Shown: positions 59,750 to 64,000 of the stretch, piece by piece
Position numbering within the stretch: position 1 is the first letter of the stretch
How the letters are laid out: each line of letters opens with the position of its first letter
From: Actinomycetota bacterium
GTDB lineage: Bacteria > Actinomycetota > UBA4738 > HRBIN12
Length of the DNA stretch: 64,000 nucleotides
Reading direction: 5' to 3'
Assembly (NCBI GenBank): GCA_035463115.1
Contig: DATHTO010000149.1
Coordinates: 20,855 to 84,854 of the forward strand
The notes under the pieces: generated by a model
Seen by the model: the letters and a program-made list of their open reading frames with translations, nothing else
The model's database searches: none
What the model was told of the DNA's origin: nothing
Translations under genes and position numbers: made by a program

Positions 59750-60751
59750 TCAGAAGCCGAGCAGCTCGTCGAGCAGGATCGCGACGTCCCAGCTGCGCGA
59801 CACGTTCGCGATCATCGTCGCCGTCGTCCCGTCCGACGGGTCCCGCGTGCTGGAGAAGGACACCCCGGCGTCGGAGCCCTCGAGCGAGATCAACTCGCGC
59901 GTCTCGTGCAGGTGGAAGCCGAGGCCGTACCGCTTCGACTCCTCCACGCAGTGGCTCCGCGGCCGGAGCATCTCCTCGACCTCTGGCTCCGCGACGATGC
60001 GGCCGTCGAGGAACGCGTCCCACAGCGCCACGACGTCGCCCACGGTCGTGAAGATCCCGCCGTCGCCGCTCCCCAGCACCGGCAGGTGGAGCACGTTCGT
60101 GCGGAGCCCGTCCGGATGCAGGTAGCCGACCGCGACGTCGCCGGGCAGTTCGTCGGAGCGCAGGAACGCGGTGCGCTCCATCCCGGCGGGCTCGCACACC
60201 CGTTGCCGGACGAGATCGGCGAACGGGACGCCGCTCGCCCGTTCCGCGATCAGCGCGAGCACGACGTAGCCGCCGTTGTTGTACGCGAACCGCTCGCCCG
60301 GCGGGAACACCGTGGGATGCCCGTCGAGCACGTCGAGGTACGCCTCCGTCGACGCCAAGCGGTGGACCGGGAGCGAGAGGACGTGATCGTTCTCGTCGCC
60401 GAGCTGGCTCTCATCGAGGTAGTCGCCGATCCCGGAGCGATGCGCGAGGAGGTGCTCGACCGTCACGCCCTCGTCGATCAGGGGGAGATCCCCACGGAGC
60501 ACCGATCGGACGGGCGTCGTGGGTTCGAGGGTGCCGTCAGCGATCAAGGAGATGACCGTCAGCGCGGTGAAGGCCTTCGTGCCGCTCGCGATCGCGAACC
60601 GCGTGTCGGTGGTGTTCGGAACGTGGTGACGCCGGTCCGCCTCGCCGAACGCCGCCTCGTACGGCTCGCCGTCGGCTCGATCCACCCGGACGACGCCGGA
60701 GAACCGCGTCCGTGCGGCGAGCTCCTCGAGCGGTCCCGCGTCGAACGACAT
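59750..60751 (-). CDS. Serine hydrolase of the beta-lactamase (class C/esterase) family
   Basis: FAIASGTKAFTAL (SxxK), YNNGGY (YxN-like), overall length ~330 aa. Confidence 0.85.
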   Translation of the reverse strand: MSFDAGPLEELAARTRFSGVVRVDRADGEPYEAAFGEADRRHHVPNTTDTRFAIASGTKAFTALTVISLIADGTLEPTTPVRSVLRGDLPLIDEGVTVEHLLAHRSGIGDYLDESQLGDENDHVLSLPVHRLASTEAYLDVLDGHPTVFPPGERFAYNNGGYVVLALIAERASGVPFADLVRQRVCEPAGMERTAFLRSDELPGDVAVGYLHPDGLRTNVLHLPVLGSGDGGIFTTVGDVVALWDAFLDGRIVAEPEVEEMLRPRSHCVEESKRYGLGFHLHETRELISLEGSDAGVSFSSTRDPSDGTTATMIANVSRSWDVAILLDELLGF

Positions 60752-60848
60752 ATCCCGGACGGTAGCGCGCCGTTCCGGTGTCCGCGTGCGCTCCGCTCGG
60801 CTCCGCTGCTACGTGGCGTCGGGCGCCGCGATGCCGTCGGCCGTGCCT

Positions 60849-62366
60849 TCACGTCAGCAGGGCGAGCGCCGTCCCCTCCCACGACCATCGTTCGGCGACG
60901 GAACCGGCGAGGCGGGCGCCGAGCGCCCGGCGCTCGACGGGGTCGATCGAGAGGAGCCGGTCGATGCCGCCGGCGATCGCCTCCGTCGCTCCGGGACCGG
61001 GCTCGAACGTGAACAGGCCCGGCGCTCCGACGTCTGCCTCGAGCGCGGCGGCGACCTCCGCGAGCCCGGAGTGGCGGGCGACGAGCGGAAGGGCTCCCGT
61101 GGCCGCGGCCTCGGCGACGACCATACCGAACGCCTCCTCGAGGATCGACGGCACGACCACGACGTCGGCGGCGGCGATCGCCTCGGGCGCGTACCGGTGG
61201 TCGAGCCGCCCCGTGAACGAGACGTCGCCCATGCGTTCACCGGCGACCGCGAGCGCGTCGGCGTCGACCTCCCTCGGAACGACGCCCCGCTCCTGCAGCC
61301 ACCGCAGGGCCGATGCGTCCCCGCTCCGCAACCCCGACGCGAGCGCCGCCACGTGCTCACGCCAGAGACCGAAGCCGACGACGAGCACGTCGGGACGCGT
61401 CGTCGCGAGCGCCGCCGCCGCGATCACGAGATGCGGCCCCTTCGCCTCGATCAGCTTGCCGAAGTACGCGACGATGGGACGGTCGCGGCCGGCGAGCGCG
61501 CGCAGGCGCGTCGCGGCATCCGGATCCGGGACCTTCTGGTCGTACCGGTGCGCGAGCGCGTCGAGCGCCGCGGGGTCGCGTTCGGCGAGGGCGCGCGTGA
61601 GCTCGTCGTCGAGCGAGGACCGACGCCCGTGGGCCGTGTCGTCGTCGGCATCGAGCGAGCGGGCGGCAGCCCGCAACGCGTCGCCGCGTTCGCGGGGACG
61701 GAACCGCTCGGTGTCCACGCCTGGCGTCACGAGACGCGTGGTGGCTCCTCGCGTGCCGGTGAGCTCGACCGCGCGATCGATCACGTCGCGGCTGGGTCCG
61801 ATGAGCGCTCGCGCGGCCCGGATCCCCTCGGCTGCGAGGTCCCGGTAGCGCTGCTGCGGGCGCAGCGCGTATTCGACGTCGCTCCCCGCCGTCTTCACGA
61901 CGAACGATCCACGCGGGAGCGCCCGCGCCGCGACCGGGCCACCGGGCACGACGTGATCGGCGAACGTCGTCTCGGTCCGGTGCCAGGCGGCCGCAGCACG
62001 AAGGGCCGCGACGTTGCGGTCGAGGTACGCGGCGAGGGCGGCGTCGTCGAGATCGAGGAACCGGTCGACGTCGAACCCCTCGTACGCATCGATCACGAAG
62101 ACGGGCAGCGTCCGACCGATCGACGGACGCAGCAGCACGCAGCGTCCCGACGAGGGCTCCGCGCGAACGTTCGGCGTGAGCTCCGACGGTCCCTCGGCGT
62201 CGACGTTGCCGAACGCGTCGATCCACGGGTAGCGCTCGGGATGACCTTCTTGGCACAGCAACGCCACGTCGTGCCCGCCGGCGCGGAGCGCTTCGGCCAC
62301 CCGGGCGGTGAAGACGTTCGTGCCCGATCCCTCGAGCAACCATCCGTGCCACAGCAGGACGCGCAC
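60849..62366 (-). CDS. Glycosyltransferase family 4-like (GT-B fold)
   Basis: GTG start. MRVLLWHGWLLEGSGTNVF... The C-terminus VVPSILEEAFGMVVAEAAATGALPLVARHSGLAEV carries the EX7E-type motif. An unusually long insertion lies between the two Rossmann halves. Confidence 0.75.
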   Translation of the reverse strand: MRVLLWHGWLLEGSGTNVFTARVAEALRAGGHDVALLCQEGHPERYPWIDAFGNVDAEGPSELTPNVRAEPSSGRCVLLRPSIGRTLPVFVIDAYEGFDVDRFLDLDDAALAAYLDRNVAALRAAAAWHRTETTFADHVVPGGPVAARALPRGSFVVKTAGSDVEYALRPQQRYRDLAAEGIRAARALIGPSRDVIDRAVELTGTRGATTRLVTPGVDTERFRPRERGDALRAAARSLDADDDTAHGRRSSLDDELTRALAERDPAALDALAHRYDQKVPDPDAATRLRALAGRDRPIVAYFGKLIEAKGPHLVIAAAALATTRPDVLVVGFGLWREHVAALASGLRSGDASALRWLQERGVVPREVDADALAVAGERMGDVSFTGRLDHRYAPEAIAAADVVVVPSILEEAFGMVVAEAAATGALPLVARHSGLAEVAAALEADVGAPGLFTFEPGPGATEAIAGGIDRLLSIDPVERRALGARLAGSVAERWSWEGTALALLT

Positions 62367-62478
62367 GCGGGAACCCTACGCGAGCGTCGACGGGCGAGCT
62401 CCCCGCGGACACCGATCGGCGTGACGGCTTGGCGAGTCACCCCGCACGCCGTCGGGGATCGCGATCCAGACCTTCGAT

Positions 62479-63669
62479 TCAGGCTCCGAGGAGCCGTTCG
62501 TCGAAGGGGTACGGGGCCAGCACGCGGATCCCCTCGTCGGTGACGAGGACCTCGTCGCCGAGCTTCACGCCCTCACGGCCTCCCGGTTCGCCGCAGTAGA
62601 GCTCGACGACGAGCGCCATACCGGGTTCGAGCACCCGGTCGGGGTTCGACTGCGCGTCCTGCGGGTGACACACGCTCGGGTTCTCCTCCTCGAGGCCGAT
62701 CCCGTGGACCATGCACTCGTACCGTTGCGGCACGAATCGTTCCGGGATCGTCGGAGCGAGACCGGCGGCCTCGGCGCACGTGATGCCGGGCCGGATCACC
62801 GCCTCCATCCCGCGCAGCCAGTCGTACGCGGCGCGGTAGAGGTCGCGTTGCGCCGAGGTCGGCGCGGCCCCCCCGCACACGAACGCCCGGGACACGCAAT
62901 AGAAGTACCCCTCGACCCCCACCGCGTCGGTGTCGACGAAGACGAGGTCGCCGGCATCGATCGAGCGATCCGTCGCCTCGGCGCGCCACGGGTTCGTGTT
63001 CGGCCCCGAGCACACGGTGTTCGTCGCGAGGTACTCGCCGCCTCGGCGGAGCATCGTTCCGGCGAGCGTCGCGACGAGGTCGCGCTCGGTGACACCGGGC
63101 TCGAGCGTCTCCTCGAACGCCGTGAGCATCTCCATCACGATGTCGGCGTTGATCTCGAGGAGGCGGATCTCCTCCGGCGTCTTCACCTCGCGGGCGCCCT
63201 GCGTGATCGGAGCCGCGTCGCGGAGCGACACGCCGTGCTCCTGGAGCGCGAGCCAGGCGGGAGCACCCAGCCGGTCCACGGCCACCGGGGCGCCGCCCAC
63301 GCCGAGCTCGTGGAAGCTCTCGACCATGAGCTCCGCCCACGTCGCGGCCTCGGCCGACGGGTCGTCGAAGAACTCCCACGCGTGCATCGGTCGGACGTCG
63401 GGGGCTCGCCGTGCCGACCGGTGCACCGAGTTCGGATGTTCGAACAGGATCGGCGTGCCCTCCCGAGGCACGATCGCGCAGCGGCAGAAGGTGCTCATCG
63501 CGTACACGGGCATGGCGGTCGCCCCGGTCGCGTAGCGGACGTTCGGTTCGCTCGCCAGGAGGCAGACGTCGACGTCGTAGGCCCGCATCGACGCCTGCAG
63601 CCTCGCGAGCCGCCCGGTCCGTAGTCGCTTGAGGTCGACGCCGGCGAGCGCCGTGCCGGCTGGCTGCAT
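62479..63669 (-). CDS. M24 family metallopeptidase (Xaa-Pro dipeptidase/creatinase-like)
   Basis: ATG at 63669 preceded by AGGGGGA. Creatinase-like N domain, then the pita-bread core: DLVFVDTDAVGVEGYFYCVSR, HGIGLEEENP, ELYCGE. Confidence 0.85.
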   Translation of the reverse strand: MQPAGTALAGVDLKRLRTGRLARLQASMRAYDVDVCLLASEPNVRYATGATAMPVYAMSTFCRCAIVPREGTPILFEHPNSVHRSARRAPDVRPMHAWEFFDDPSAEAATWAELMVESFHELGVGGAPVAVDRLGAPAWLALQEHGVSLRDAAPITQGAREVKTPEEIRLLEINADIVMEMLTAFEETLEPGVTERDLVATLAGTMLRRGGEYLATNTVCSGPNTNPWRAEATDRSIDAGDLVFVDTDAVGVEGYFYCVSRAFVCGGAAPTSAQRDLYRAAYDWLRGMEAVIRPGITCAEAAGLAPTIPERFVPQRYECMVHGIGLEEENPSVCHPQDAQSNPDRVLEPGMALVVELYCGEPGGREGVKLGDEVLVTDEGIRVLAPYPFDERLLGA

Positions 63670-63741
63670 CCGTCCGTCCCCCTGTCGCGGGCTGCCGCGG
63701 CTCGTCACCGCCGTCGCGACGCGGAGCCTACCGGCCGACGA

Positions 63742-64000
63742 TCAGGCCTCGGCGGGAGAGTCCCAGCCGAGGATGCGCTCGAGCCCCACCACGTCGGCGG
63801 TTCGGCGCGCCGCGCCGCCCTTCGGTCCGATGAACCGGACGGGGATCCCTCCCTGCTCCGCGCGGCGCGCGGCCCGGATCAGCTCGACGATCCCGGTCGA
63901 GTCCATGAAGTCGAGCGCCGACAGATCGAAGACGACGCGACGCCGGTCCCGCCCGAGCACGTCGTCGGCGATCTCGGTGAACGTCGGCCGCGTGGCGAGG
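63742..64000 (-). CDS. STAS-domain anti-sigma-factor antagonist (partial; 5' end beyond the right window edge)
   Basis: The frame stays open to position 64000 (..LATRPTFTEIADDVLGRDRRRVVFDLSALDFMDSTGIVELI...). DLS...F.DS.G is the STAS/SpoIIAA signature. Confidence 0.75.
   Translation of the reverse strand, partial: LATRPTFTEIADDVLGRDRRRVVFDLSALDFMDSTGIVELIRAARRAEQGGIPVRFIGPKGGAARRTADVVGLERILGWDSPAEA

Overview
Very GC-rich, actinobacterial-type chromosomal segment: third codon positions are almost all G/C, and Arg/Ala/Gly/Pro-rich shadow ORFs appear on every strand. It is gene-dense. I can support about 60 CDS, most with recognisable family signatures and several joined by 4-nt GTGA/ATGA stop-start overlaps. 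I found no rRNA, tRNA, CRISPR array, transposase, integrase or prophage signature.

Content from left to right:
- A secreted metalloprotease gene running off the left edge (absent from the ORF track).
- Two class III cyclases (TPR-cyclase, PAS-PAS-cyclase) and an RTX-repeat secreted protein.
- A cyanophycin locus: cphB-cphA plus a convergent CphA paralogue that lacks the ATP-grasp domain.
- Small zinc-ribbon and stress-type proteins.
- A large divergent catabolic island. One arm holds a Liv-type ABC importer, an M20 peptidase, a PLP decarboxylase and an HD-GYP/LuxR regulator. The other holds RpiR, a glutamine-synthetase-like ligase and an amidohydrolase.
- A lower-GC secreted orphan next to a sensor-kinase remnant; Nei; a homocysteine methyltransferase.
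- A two-component-system operon encoding two Asp/His-rich secreted proteins and three cupredoxin domains.
- An orphan SdhA-like flavoprotein with a polytopic membrane partner.
- Two paralogous Zn-ribbon/cyclase/STAND/TPR giants flanking a membrane-anchored tandem AAA+ ATPase, then a fifth cyclase (NB-ARC/TPR type).
- A lipoprotein made of seven exactly phased 37-residue RCC1-like repeats.
- Housekeeping-type enzymes (SDRs, AKR, VOC, Sir2, GT4, M24, a beta-lactamase-family hydrolase) and a STAS gene running off the right edge.

The most interesting candidates, in order:
1. The G-domain-less N+M cyanophycin-synthetase paralogue.
2. The Asp/His-rich protein plus cupredoxin operon under two-component control.
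3. The cyclase-STAND pair flanking the membrane AAA+ unfoldase, including one gene whose Zn-ribbon lies upstream of any canonical start codon.
4. The gamma-glutamylation-type catabolic island.

All calls come from reading translations and motifs by eye. No searches were run, and start codons are my best inference.
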